Positions 35,878-44,394 of a DNA stretch of 64,000 nt are shown one piece after another. This DNA is from an uncultured Candidatus Saccharibacteria bacterium. Lineage in GTDB: Bacteria; Patescibacteriota; Minisyncoccia; Sungbacterales; JACQCQ01. The translations under genes and the position numbers were made by a program. The stretch's first letter is position 1; every line of letters begins with the position of its first letter. The stretch lies in contig CAZBTX010000002.1 in the NCBI GenBank assembly GCA_964494945.1, positions 38,696 through 102,695 on the forward strand, read 5' to 3'. A model generated the notes under the pieces. It saw only the letters and a list, made by a program, of their open reading frames with translations, was not told where the DNA came from and did not search any database.

Positions 35878-36309
35878 GGGAGCGCACTGATTCGACAGGT
35901 CATTTACATCAAGAAGAATTCAGATCGAGATGCCGAGCAACTCTCGCCTTGCCCTTCCGAATCTGTCATTTGACGGAGAATGAGGGTAAAAGAAATCTCG
36001 GCAAAACAAATACGTGCAAACGTATTCAAATTCAATGGCGCTTTTGCGCCCGCTATGGCGTAAGCCGTAGTTGCTTTCTCCGAAAAGAACTTCGGAGCAT
36101 CGGCCCGTACTCGCCCCTAGGCGGATTGCCGGTGTCATTTGGGGCTTGATTGCACTAACTCCGGTATGTGTGACGACAATTGCCGGAAACAGTCATGGGA
36201 TATTTTGCCGAATTTCAGAACCCATGAGTGAAATTAAATTCGGATATATCTGTAAATTATTTTTCTTGATGCTGACCTGGACGCGGGCTCATTACCCGCC
36301 GCTTCCACC
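35878..36309 (+). ncRNA. ssrA: tmRNA, tag ORF 36016-36063 ANVFKFNGAFAPAMA*
   Basis: GGGAGCG...ATTCGAC 5' end, CGCTTCC-A-CC 3' end with G3-U pair, GCA resume codon, directly after smpB. Confidence 0.93.
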
Positions 36310-36311
36310 CC

Positions 36312-36394
36312 GTTAGTTCCTGGTGCTTAGTATCTAGTGCCTAGGAAGACAAAACGGCGTCAAAACTAGGTACTAAGAACTAGGGACTAGGCAC
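36312..36394. repeat. Inverted heptamer arrays (CTAGTTC/GAACTAG family) with a short spacer
   Basis: tagttcctggtgcttagtatctagtgcctag...ctaggtactaagaactagggactaggcact. Confidence 0.85.
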
Positions 36395-36403
36395 TCCAAA
36401 AAT

Positions 36404-36910
36404 ATCCAAAAACGTTACCGCACAAATGAATACATAAGAGCCCCGGAACTTCGCGTCATTACCGATGACGGAAAGAATTTGGGCGTGTTAACGCTTGCCG
36501 AAGCGCTGGCCAAAGCCCGTGAACTCGGCGAGGACCTGATTGAAATAGCTCCAACCGCCAATCCACCCGTAGCCAAAATAATGGATTTTGGGAAATTCAA
36601 ATATGAACAGGAGCGTTCGGAGCGCGAACATAAACCAAAAAAGAGCGGCGGCGAAGTAAAATCAATACGCATCGGATTTAAGACGGGAAAGCATGACTTG
36701 GAGGTAAGGGCTCTGCAAGCCAAGAAATTCTTGGAGCGCGGCGATATGGTGAATGTGCTTTTGGCACTTAGGGGACGGGAAAAGGCGCACCGCGACTTGG
36801 CGGAGAGGAAGTTCCATGAGTTCTTGAAATTAATCCCGATTGATATTACACTCGACGGGGTCCCCAGGCGCATTCCGCAGGGTGTGACGGGAATGATAAG
36901 AAAGGCCTGA
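36404..36910 (+). CDS. infC: Translation initiation factor IF-3, probable ATC start
   Basis: NEYIRAPELRVI lies in frame upstream of the 36479 ORF. PPVAKIMDFGKFKYE and LRGRE motifs. First gene of infC-rpmI-rplT. Confidence 0.93.
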   Translation: MQKRYRTNEYIRAPELRVITDDGKNLGVLTLAEALAKARELGEDLIEIAPTANPPVAKIMDFGKFKYEQERSEREHKPKKSGGEVKSIRIGFKTGKHDLEVRALQAKKFLERGDMVNVLLALRGREKAHRDLAERKFHEFLKLIPIDITLDGVPRRIPQGVTGMIRKA

Positions 36911-36959
36911 CAGCGGCGAATGGCGATTAGCGAATGGTGAATAGGGGGTAAAAAAATCC

Positions 36960-37148
36960 GTGTTAAAAACCAGAAAATCCATAACCAAACGCATAAAAAT
37001 TACCTCTTCCGGGAAACTGCTCCGGCGGGTTTCGCGCAAGAATCATTTTAACGCCAAAGAGCGTCGTGCCACCCAGCTCCGCGGCAAGGGCGAACGAGCA
37101 ATTTACGGCGTATATGAACGAGAAATTCGCGCCGGTTTACACAACTAA
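36960..37148 (+). CDS. rpmI: 50S ribosomal protein L35
   Basis: KTRKSITKRIKITSSGKLLR and operon position. Confidence 0.92.
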   Translation: MLKTRKSITKRIKITSSGKLLRRVSRKNHFNAKERRATQLRGKGERAIYGVYEREIRAGLHN

Positions 37149-37149
37149 G

Positions 37150-37196
37150 CTGCTAGTGCCTAGTTCCTAGTTCCTGGTGCCTAGTACTTGATACTC
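37150..37196. repeat. Heptamer array left of the four-helix-bundle gene
   Basis: ctagtgc ctagttc ctagttc ctggtgc ctagtac ttgatac. Confidence 0.85.
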
Positions 37197-37200
37197 TTCT

Positions 37201-37554
37201 ATGAATTCTTATAAAGAACTGACGGTATGGCAAAAGTCAATGGAGTTAGTTCGTGTAATCTATCTTGCGACAGGGATATTCCCCAAATCTGAGATGTTCG
37301 GACTAACTTCACAAATGCGGCGAGCTGCCATCTCAATCCCATCAAACATTGCTGAGGGATTTAACCGGAGGCATAGAAAAGAGTTCGCGCAATTTTTATC
37401 AATAGCTTATGGGTCCGGCGCGGAATTAGAAACGCAGGTAGAGTTAGCGAAATCGCTACGGTTCATAAAAGAGCGTGGGTTTGAAAAATGTGATGCATTG
37501 TTACAAGAAGTTATGAAGATGCTGAATAAACTTATAGCTAACCTAAGACGATAA
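37201..37554 (+). CDS. Four-helix-bundle protein (23S rRNA IVP / TIGR02436 / Avd-like family)
   Basis: SYKELTVWQKSMEL...FPKSEMFGLTSQMRRAAISIPSNIAEG...AYGSGAELETQ. Confidence 0.93.
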   Translation: MNSYKELTVWQKSMELVRVIYLATGIFPKSEMFGLTSQMRRAAISIPSNIAEGFNRRHRKEFAQFLSIAYGSGAELETQVELAKSLRFIKERGFEKCDALLQEVMKMLNKLIANLRR

Positions 37555-37560
37555 TTTACG

Positions 37561-37595
37561 CTAGGGACTAGGAACTAGTCGCTAAGAACTAAACT
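37561..37595. repeat. Heptamer array right of the four-helix-bundle gene, inverted relative to the left array
   Basis: ctaggga ctaggaa ctagtcg ctaagaa ctaaact. Confidence 0.85.
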
Positions 37596-37940
37596 ATGAC
37601 TCGAGTCAAAGGCGGCGTACACGCCCTGAAAAAAAGAAGGAAGACCCTAAAATATGCCAAGGGGTATCTTTGGGGCAGAAAATCCAAAGAGCGCCAAGCG
37701 CGGGAAGCACTTCTGCACGCCTGGGTTTACGCTTTCCAGCACCGCAAAAAGAAAAAAGGCGAATTTAGAGCGCTCTGGAACACCAAAATATCCGGGGCCT
37801 TAAGCGGACAGGGTTTCTCCTACAGCAAGTTCATAAACGCCTTAAATCAGAAGAAAATCGGCTTGAACAGAAAAATGCTGGCAACCATCGCCGAACAACA
37901 TCCGAAAGTGTTTGAAAAAATTGTGGCGGAAGTCAAATAA
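37596..37940 (+). CDS. rplT: 50S ribosomal protein L20
   Basis: MTRVKGG, AKGY, FRALW, SYSKFI and LNRKMLA motifs. Confidence 0.97.
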   Translation: MTRVKGGVHALKKRRKTLKYAKGYLWGRKSKERQAREALLHAWVYAFQHRKKKKGEFRALWNTKISGALSGQGFSYSKFINALNQKKIGLNRKMLATIAEQHPKVFEKIVAEVK

Positions 37941-37977
37941 AAAAGTTGAGCCGCCCCTCGCGGGGCGGCTCATCGTT

Positions 37978-38457
37978 TCAGCTGATGCACCGCGCATCCC
38001 ACCAGCCGCGCGGGATGAGGTTGCTACGAAAGAGTGCCACAAGTTCCTTATAGTTCCGTGGATCTTGCAACCACATCCCAGCAAACCGTTCCGCGGACTG
38101 TTCATGCTCGAAGTCATAGAGCCAGAGAAATCTCATAGAAATTTCCGGCCCGCGAGGCAGAACGCCGAGATGATGGAACACTTCAAGGGCAATATGGCCC
38201 ATCTCATGCGCTACGTCTGTAAGACGTTCGCGAAGAGATCCTGCCGGTGTGATCTGGATCCGGTACCACCATGGATCATTTGCCACGGACCATCCACTTG
38301 TGGGAAAATAGTGAGCTCTCCCCCAGTTCCACGCCCCATGTCGCCCTACTTCAATTTCCCGGACACGTAACACCTCGAACTGATGACGCAGCCGCAGACC
38401 GCGTAACTGATCCAAACACTGAAAGAGCAGCTGATTCCAGTTGACGCCGGTCATCAT
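37978..38457 (-). CDS. ImmA/IrrE-like zinc metallopeptidase domain protein
   Basis: RERLTDVAHEMGH...EQSAERFA, with SD aggagg. Confidence 0.7.
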   Translation of the reverse strand: MMTGVNWNQLLFQCLDQLRGLRLRHQFEVLRVREIEVGRHGAWNWGRAHYFPTSGWSVANDPWWYRIQITPAGSLRERLTDVAHEMGHIALEVFHHLGVLPRGPEISMRFLWLYDFEHEQSAERFAGMWLQDPRNYKELVALFRSNLIPRGWWDARCIS

Positions 38458-38579
38458 CTCCTCCTGGAAACTTTAGATGCCCAAGTCTACCAAAAATTGG
38501 GAATGGTTGCCATTAAGCTGGCTTGCGAAGAAACCACTAAGTGGTTTTTTTGGTTTTACTTGATTGAAAGGAGAGTGCT

Positions 38580-38801
38580 ATGAAGAAATCAGAGAGTTTT
38601 TCATACCACCTCACGATTAGAATTAACTGGCGCGAGTTGAGACCAGAAAATCTTGCTGGCCATCTCGGCCAAGCAATGAGAGTGCATGCAGGAGATGATT
38701 GCCTCGGCTCAATCTCAATCATTGAGGTCCAGGAGCATTGGATTCGGACCAAAGTTGCAACTACTCTGATTCGTTTAATCCGCTGGATCTTCCAAGTCTA
38801 G
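38580..38801 (+). CDS. Small hypothetical protein
   Basis: SD aaggag and a downstream hairpin gcccgc..gcgggc. Confidence 0.5.
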   Translation: MKKSESFSYHLTIRINWRELRPENLAGHLGQAMRVHAGDDCLGSISIIEVQEHWIRTKVATTLIRLIRWIFQV

Positions 38802-38818
38802 CCCGCCTTCTGCGGGCT

Positions 38819-39601
38819 TCATATTTTTCTACCCAAAACCAGCGTCAGCAAAAATATCCCCGCGCTGGCAATGATCACCGCCGGCCCTGCGGCAACACCC
38901 CAAAGATAAACGGCTCCAACGCCAAGCATTACCGAAACGGCCGCGAAGGCCATGCTGATAATACCAAAACTATAAAGATTTTTCGCTACGTTCTTGGCCG
39001 CAGCCGCCGGTATTATGGTTAAAGTTCCCATAAGTAGCGTCCCCACGAACTTGATGCCGAGCGCCACCACTAAGGCCAGCATGAGAAGAAATACGAAATT
39101 GGCCAACTGAACGCGCAACTTGGAAGCATGCCATAAATCTGGAGCGGCGATGGAAAACATGATGCGTCGCGAGATTAAAACAGTTATGACAACTACTGCC
39201 AATGATGAAGCTATTGTAATCCAGGCCTCCAGCGGGGTAATTTTTGTTAGGTCGCCGAATAACGCTTCCAGAAGTTCCGGCTCGGGAGTTAAGAGAATCC
39301 CGGCAGCTAATGCTGCCGAAAATAAAACTCCCACAATGGCATCAATCGGTAAATTGGTTCTCTTCTCAAGTCCTGATATCAAAACTGCCGCTAAAAGCAA
39401 AAAAGCAAATGCTCCGATAAAAGGATTTAGATTAAATATGAGCGCTAGGGCAATTCCCGGCAGAGCCACGTGAGACAAGGCATCGGACACCAGGGACATC
39501 CGTTTCATTATCATAAAAACGCCTAAAAAACCGGCGGCGACCGCTGTCCCGAGCCCGGCCATTAAGCTGTAAAAAAGATTTGAATCAAGAAATTGGCTCA
39601 T
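38819..39601 (-). CDS. znuB: Zn/Mn ABC transporter permease (ZnuB-like)
   Basis: DALSHVALPG, LFGD and VGTLL motifs. Confidence 0.88.
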   Translation of the reverse strand: MSQFLDSNLFYSLMAGLGTAVAAGFLGVFMIMKRMSLVSDALSHVALPGIALALIFNLNPFIGAFAFLLLAAVLISGLEKRTNLPIDAIVGVLFSAALAAGILLTPEPELLEALFGDLTKITPLEAWITIASSLAVVVITVLISRRIMFSIAAPDLWHASKLRVQLANFVFLLMLALVVALGIKFVGTLLMGTLTIIPAAAAKNVAKNLYSFGIISMAFAAVSVMLGVGAVYLWGVAAGPAVIIASAGIFLLTLVLGRKI

Positions 39602-40332
39602 GCTACGTGTTCTCCTTCTTTAGTATGCAAGTGATGATAAAACGTGGTCTCGCCGTAAAGTTTTTCCAACTGCTGGGGTGTTAAAACCTCATGCGGCTCG
39701 CCGGAGCAAACCAGCGATTTATTAAGGCAGAGGACCGAAGTGGCGTATCTGAATACCACGTTCAATTCGTGTGATACGAGAATAATAGTGATGCCGAATT
39801 TGTCCTGTAATTCGTGAAGTAAATTGTAAACCGTCTCTTCGCCGGAAATATCCACGCCCGCCGTTGGTTCATCAAAAAGAAGCACACTGGGCTTGTCAAA
39901 AAGCGCCCAAGCGATCAAAGCCCGCTGGACTTGTCCCCCGGAAAGAGTTGAGAGACGTTCGTTCATGACCGAGGCCGGCAATTCCACGGTCTCCAGCGCC
40001 TCACGGATTCGTTTATCATGATTTACCCAGGAAAGCAGGAAATTCTTCTCATGCAGCAGAAAAAACTCACGCACCGTAATGGGAATATTCTTGTCAATTT
40101 GAAAACGCTGCGGGACGTATCCGATACGTACATCCGGACGCCACCGAATCACGCCTTGATACGGCAATGTCCCTAAAAGCGTCCTGAAAAGAACGGTTTT
40201 TCCCGCTCCATTCGGCCCGATAATGGCCGTAACATCGCCCTCATTCACCGTAAAAGAGAGACCGGAAAGTATCTCCTCTTTTTCAATCGTGACCGACAAA
40301 TTTTCTACTTCAAGAATAGGATTTTTATCCAT
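39598..40332 (-). CDS. znuC: Zn/Mn ABC transporter ATPase (ZnuC-like)
   Basis: GPNGAGKT, IGYVPQ, LSGGQ and DEPTAGVD motifs, His-rich tail. Confidence 0.9.
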   Translation of the reverse strand: MDKNPILEVENLSVTIEKEEILSGLSFTVNEGDVTAIIGPNGAGKTVLFRTLLGTLPYQGVIRWRPDVRIGYVPQRFQIDKNIPITVREFFLLHEKNFLLSWVNHDKRIREALETVELPASVMNERLSTLSGGQVQRALIAWALFDKPSVLLFDEPTAGVDISGEETVYNLLHELQDKFGITIILVSHELNVVFRYATSVLCLNKSLVCSGEPHEVLTPQQLEKLYGETTFYHHLHTKEGEHVA

Positions 40333-40383
40333 GGTTAGAAATCTAACACGAAAATTTTAACTAGACAAAGCCCCTGACAAATT

Positions 40384-40468
40384 TATTCTATGTACTCTAT
40401 TTTGGTACTCTATTCCAACTGTTAATACCCTATGCTATGCTATAGCATGACATAGAGTACATAGAATA
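40384..40468. repeat. Interrupted palindrome, core ATGCTATAGCAT
   Basis: tattctatgtactctat...atgctatagcat..atagagtacatagaata. Confidence 0.8.
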
Positions 40469-40506
40469 AAATGGGTATAGACAAGCATGGCAGGGTTAGC
40501 TATATC

Positions 40507-41076
40507 ATGATGACGCGGAAGGGAGAAATTGCGAGATTAATATTGGGGATTCTCGCGGGGGCTGGAGTAGTTTTAGTCGCGGCCACGCTCCCCGGACTCG
40601 CGGTAGCGCTGAAGCCGTTCGCGCGAAAGAAAAACAAGCATCTTGAAAAACAAAGTCTTGAGCGAGCCCTCCGGCGCCTTTGCCAAAGACGACTGGTTGA
40701 ATTAGTGCCTGACCGCAATGGCAACTTTTCGCTGTTAGTCACCAAACTTGGTAAAAAACATCTCAAGAAACTGGACTTCGAGAGTTTAAAGCTTAAAATC
40801 CCAGAATATTGGGACGGAAAGTGGAGTGTGATACTTTTTGATATACCGGAATCGCGCAAAGCGGCTCGTAATGCGCTCCAACGAAAATTAAAAGAGATGG
40901 GCTGTTTCCAACTCAACAAAAGTGTGCTTGTACACCCCAGTGACTGTGAGGATGAGATAGATTTCACCAGTGAAATACTTGGGATCAGAAACTATGTAAT
41001 AACTTTTCAAACAACGTCTTTGGGACACCAAGAACATCGGGCCTTACACCACTTTAAGTTAAAACCGAGATCATAA
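40507..41076 (+). CDS. PaaX-like protein (wHTH plus Cas2-like central domain)
   Basis: LxRLxxxxLV...TxLG, then WDGKWSVILFDIPE..R..L...L...G...LNKSV. Start is uncertain (40471-40510). Confidence 0.8.
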   Translation: MMTRKGEIARLILGILAGAGVVLVAATLPGLAVALKPFARKKNKHLEKQSLERALRRLCQRRLVELVPDRNGNFSLLVTKLGKKHLKKLDFESLKLKIPEYWDGKWSVILFDIPESRKAARNALQRKLKEMGCFQLNKSVLVHPSDCEDEIDFTSEILGIRNYVITFQTTSLGHQEHRALHHFKLKPRS

Positions 41077-41135
41077 CAAAGACTTTAACTACAAATCGAC
41101 AACATCAAAAAACACACCGCATACGTTCTACACAC

Positions 41136-41175
41136 TCCTACCCTATACCATGCTATAGCATGGTATAGGGTAGGA
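41136..41175. repeat. Perfect 40-bp palindrome, core ATGCTATAGCAT
   Basis: tcctaccctataccatgcta|tagcatggtatagggtagga. Confidence 0.95.
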
Positions 41176-41200
41176 ATTGGTCTTATTCACTTTATGTGAA

Positions 41201-42925
41201 TTACTTCAGCATCTGTAGCATCTTTTCTATGGGTAGCGTATTTATTATGTCTTTTGCCTCGCACCAGCCGCGACGAGCTTGGGCAATACCGAACTCCAAA
41301 AAGGCGAAGTGCGAGATAGCGTGCGCGTCTGAATCAATGGAAAACTTTATCCCAGCTTCGCGAGCTATGCGAATATGCTCGTCTTTCAAATCCAGCCGAT
41401 GGGGCTCGCCGTCAATTTCCAAAATGGTCTTGGTGCGCTTGACGGCCCTTAATATCTCGTCAAAATCCAGTTCTATCGGTTCACGCTTCTGTATCAGGCG
41501 GTCGGACAAATGGAAAATAATGTCCACGTTAGGATTTTCCATGGCGCGGATCACGCGCTTGGTCTGGTCGGCCCTAGATAATTTTAAATTTGTATGCACC
41601 GCCGCGCCAACGCAATCCAGCATCGCCAGAGTTTTATCGTTTATGTCCAATTTCCCGTCGGCGAGAATATTAACTTCCGCGCCTTTTAGAACTCTAAATT
41701 TAATCCCGCGCTTTTTTAACTCCAAATTAACTTTATCAATTTCAGCCATTTGGCGCACCAGCTTTTTCTCATCCGCGCCGCCTGTCATGGCGAGCGTCCG
41801 AGTATGGTCAGTAATCACAATATATTCCAATCCATATTTATATGCGGCCAGCGCCATCTCCATAATGGAATTATTTCCATCGGTCCAGTCGGTTTGCGTC
41901 TGCAAATCGCCCTTTAAATCCTTATACCCGATAATTCTCGGCAAATTATTTTTGGCGGCCAGTTCAATTTCGCCTTTATTTTCGCGCATTTCCGACTCTA
42001 CGTATTGAAGCCCGAGTGTTTTATAAACTTCTTCTTCGGTTCTACCAGCGATACGCTTTGCCCCCTTGAAAAGGCCGTATTCGTTCAGCTTGTATCCTTT
42101 TTTAATGGCGCGTTCTCTCAATGCCACATTATGTTCTTTAGAGCCGGTAAAATAATTTAGCGCGGCACCGAACGATTCTTCGGGAATCACGCGGATATCC
42201 ACATCCAAGCCGTTTTTCATCCTGACCATGGACTTGGTTTCGCCATGAGCGTAAACGTGCGCGACGTCCTTCATGCGCACGAAATTATTCATAACAGGCC
42301 GCGGTTTTTTAGAAACCGCGATAATATCAATATCCCCCACCGTTTCTTTCCAGCGCCGGAACGAACCGGCAATGACAAGTTCATCTACCCCTTTCCAGCT
42401 TTTTAGTTCTGATTCCAATTCTTTAACATATGGGCGAATATCGCCCAAAACAAATCTCCCGCCGTGCGATTTTACAAATTCAATGCCTTTTAAAATTTTA
42501 TCTTCCGATTTTTTGCCAAATCTCGGAAGTGTAGCGATTTTTCCGGCCTTGGCGGCTTTCTCCAGATCGGCAACGGTTTTAATTCCCAATTTCTGCCATA
42601 AGACCTTAATTCCTTTCGGCCCCACGCCTTCAATTTTGGTAAGCCCCGCGATATCCACCGGCAGTTTCTTTTTTAATTGCTCATATTCCTTGATGTGGCC
42701 GGTACTCACATATTCCTCAATTTTTTCCGCGAGCCCTTGCCCCACGCCGGGAATATTTTTCAAAGCCGGAATGCCGCCTTCTTTATAAACGCTCTTTACG
42801 TCCTCGGAGAATGACCCGACCGATTCGGAAGCGCGCTCATACGCTTGCGGCTTAAACGGCACGTCGTCCACGGCCATTAATTCCGCCATCTCCAGAAAAA
42901 TTTTGGCGAGTTCCTTATTTATCAT
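41201..42925 (-). CDS. polX: DNA polymerase X with PHP domain
   Basis: AGSFRR, GDIDI, YFTGSKEHN, ITDH and SDAH motifs. Confidence 0.95.
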   Translation of the reverse strand: MINKELAKIFLEMAELMAVDDVPFKPQAYERASESVGSFSEDVKSVYKEGGIPALKNIPGVGQGLAEKIEEYVSTGHIKEYEQLKKKLPVDIAGLTKIEGVGPKGIKVLWQKLGIKTVADLEKAAKAGKIATLPRFGKKSEDKILKGIEFVKSHGGRFVLGDIRPYVKELESELKSWKGVDELVIAGSFRRWKETVGDIDIIAVSKKPRPVMNNFVRMKDVAHVYAHGETKSMVRMKNGLDVDIRVIPEESFGAALNYFTGSKEHNVALRERAIKKGYKLNEYGLFKGAKRIAGRTEEEVYKTLGLQYVESEMRENKGEIELAAKNNLPRIIGYKDLKGDLQTQTDWTDGNNSIMEMALAAYKYGLEYIVITDHTRTLAMTGGADEKKLVRQMAEIDKVNLELKKRGIKFRVLKGAEVNILADGKLDINDKTLAMLDCVGAAVHTNLKLSRADQTKRVIRAMENPNVDIIFHLSDRLIQKREPIELDFDEILRAVKRTKTILEIDGEPHRLDLKDEHIRIAREAGIKFSIDSDAHAISHFAFLEFGIAQARRGWCEAKDIINTLPIEKMLQMLK

Positions 42926-43538
42926 CGGTCTTAATATCAGCTGAAATCTTTTCTGCGAATACCGAGTGGTAAAGGAGCACGAGTACGACCGTCCCCACCA
43001 GTGCCGTAAACCCCGCCACAAGAAAAAGCGTCCTAAAACCGTAGGCTTCAGTAATAAGCCCCGAGAGAGCCCCCACCGTGCCCACCGCCAGCGCCACGGT
43101 TACGTTCTCCACTCCCCATTCCAGCCCCTCCCTTTTTTTGTCTATGCCGCGGGTAAAAAGCGAGTACCAAGCGGGTAAATCAACGGCGCGTCCCAGACCC
43201 GCTAGGGCCTGGATAGCGTATATGTGCCAGGGATACTCGGCCACGGTAAACAGGAATAGGGCCGCTGTCGTAATGAAGGCACCAACGATGAGAAAAATAA
43301 AGTCGTCGCGATCGCCGTCGTGCCTGTCTATGAACCAGCCGATGGGAATTTGCAAGATCCACATGACCATGTAAATAGCCGTGGCGAATCCGGCCGTTTT
43401 CACGCTCCCGCCTTCTATGCCGGTGGCAATGAAAATCGGCAGAATCGGCCCCAAAAAACCTATGCCCGCCAGCATGAAGAAATCGGAAAGCACCAGCATC
43501 CGTATAATCGGGTTTATTCTTAGTGAGACAAGCAACAT
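42915..43538 (-). CDS. Half-size (6-TM) MFS-like transporter
   Basis: Six hydrophobic segments and motif A-like GWFIDRHDG. Confidence 0.75.
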   Translation of the reverse strand: MLLVSLRINPIIRMLVLSDFFMLAGIGFLGPILPIFIATGIEGGSVKTAGFATAIYMVMWILQIPIGWFIDRHDGDRDDFIFLIVGAFITTAALFLFTVAEYPWHIYAIQALAGLGRAVDLPAWYSLFTRGIDKKREGLEWGVENVTVALAVGTVGALSGLITEAYGFRTLFLVAGFTALVGTVVLVLLYHSVFAEKISADIKTDDK

Positions 43539-43541
43539 GAA

Positions 43542-44156
43542 CTAAAAAAGAGTTAATGGCCCGGATGGCTTGCCGGCATTAAACACTCCGACTGGCGTCG
43601 GCGCATCTTCTTTTAATAACTCCGGCAGTTTTTTAAAACTATTTTCCAGTTCTTTTAAGACCGCGCCGGCGCGGAGCGCGGCCGCGGGATGGAACATGGG
43701 AATTACGCGCCTTCCATCTACCCAAAAAACTTTGCCTTGATCGCGAGAAATTTTGGCCTCCGGCAAAAAATAATTCATGGAGAATCTCCCCAGGGGCACG
43801 ATAGCCTTGGCATCAATTATCTCAATTTGTTTTGCTAGATACGGCTTGTATGCCTCAATTTCTTCCGGCAAAGGGTCTCGGTTTTCCGGCGGGCGGCGCT
43901 TCACGATATTGGTGATATAAACCTCCTCGCGTTTCCAACCGTTGGCCAATATTAATTTATCCAAAAGTTTTCCGGCATTCCCCACGAAGGGGCGCCCGAG
44001 CCGGTCTTCGTGAAATCCCGGCGCTTCACCAATGAATAAAACATCAGTATCCGGACTCCCTTCGCCAAATACCAGATTGGCTTCTCCGTAAAGCGGCAAA
44101 GACTTATCTTTGACTATTTGCTCTTTTAATTCCTCCAATGCTTCGCTTTTAGACAT
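43542..44156 (-). CDS. udg: Uracil-DNA glycosylase, family 4
   Basis: IGEAPG, GRPFVG, RPPENRDP and HPAA motifs. Confidence 0.92.
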   Translation of the reverse strand: MSKSEALEELKEQIVKDKSLPLYGEANLVFGEGSPDTDVLFIGEAPGFHEDRLGRPFVGNAGKLLDKLILANGWKREEVYITNIVKRRPPENRDPLPEEIEAYKPYLAKQIEIIDAKAIVPLGRFSMNYFLPEAKISRDQGKVFWVDGRRVIPMFHPAAALRAGAVLKELENSFKKLPELLKEDAPTPVGVFNAGKPSGPLTLF

Positions 44157-44157
44157 A

Positions 44158-44307
44158 CCCGGTAGTAGAAACTCGAATTACGTTTTAGTTATTATATTCT
44201 GATTTTAATCAATATACCCGTATCCCTGAACTAAACCGAATTAGGTATTATCCCATATGGCTTCGCCTTCGAGTTTTCCCTGCCCGCCGGCAGGCGGGAC
44301 TACCGGG
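44158..44307 (-). mobile_element. TATG-flanked hairpin element E3 on the udg start, with a 20-nt secondary insert at 44279-44298
   Basis: TATG-CCCGGTAGT[insert]GAAAACTCGAA...TTCGAGTTTCTACTACCGGG-TATG. Confidence 0.8.
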
Positions 44308-44311
44308 CATA

Positions 44312-44388
44312 TCAGGTAGTGAAAATTCAACTGCTGTGACATTTGATGTTTCGCGAAGCGAAACATCCGTCGAATTTCTACTACCTAG
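44312..44388 (+). mobile_element. Hairpin element E3b, opposite orientation and in tandem with E3
   Basis: CATA-TCAGGTAGTGAAAATTC...GAATTTCTACTACCTAG-CATA. Confidence 0.78.
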
Positions 44389-44394
44389 CATATA

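Noticed and set aside
36404-36406. Non-AUG (ATC) start of infC as a novelty
   Set aside because: Non-canonical infC start codons are an established autoregulatory feature.
40507-41076. CRISPR-Cas locus suggested by the Cas2-like domain
   Set aside because: No repeat-spacer array or other cas genes, and the architecture is PaaX-like.
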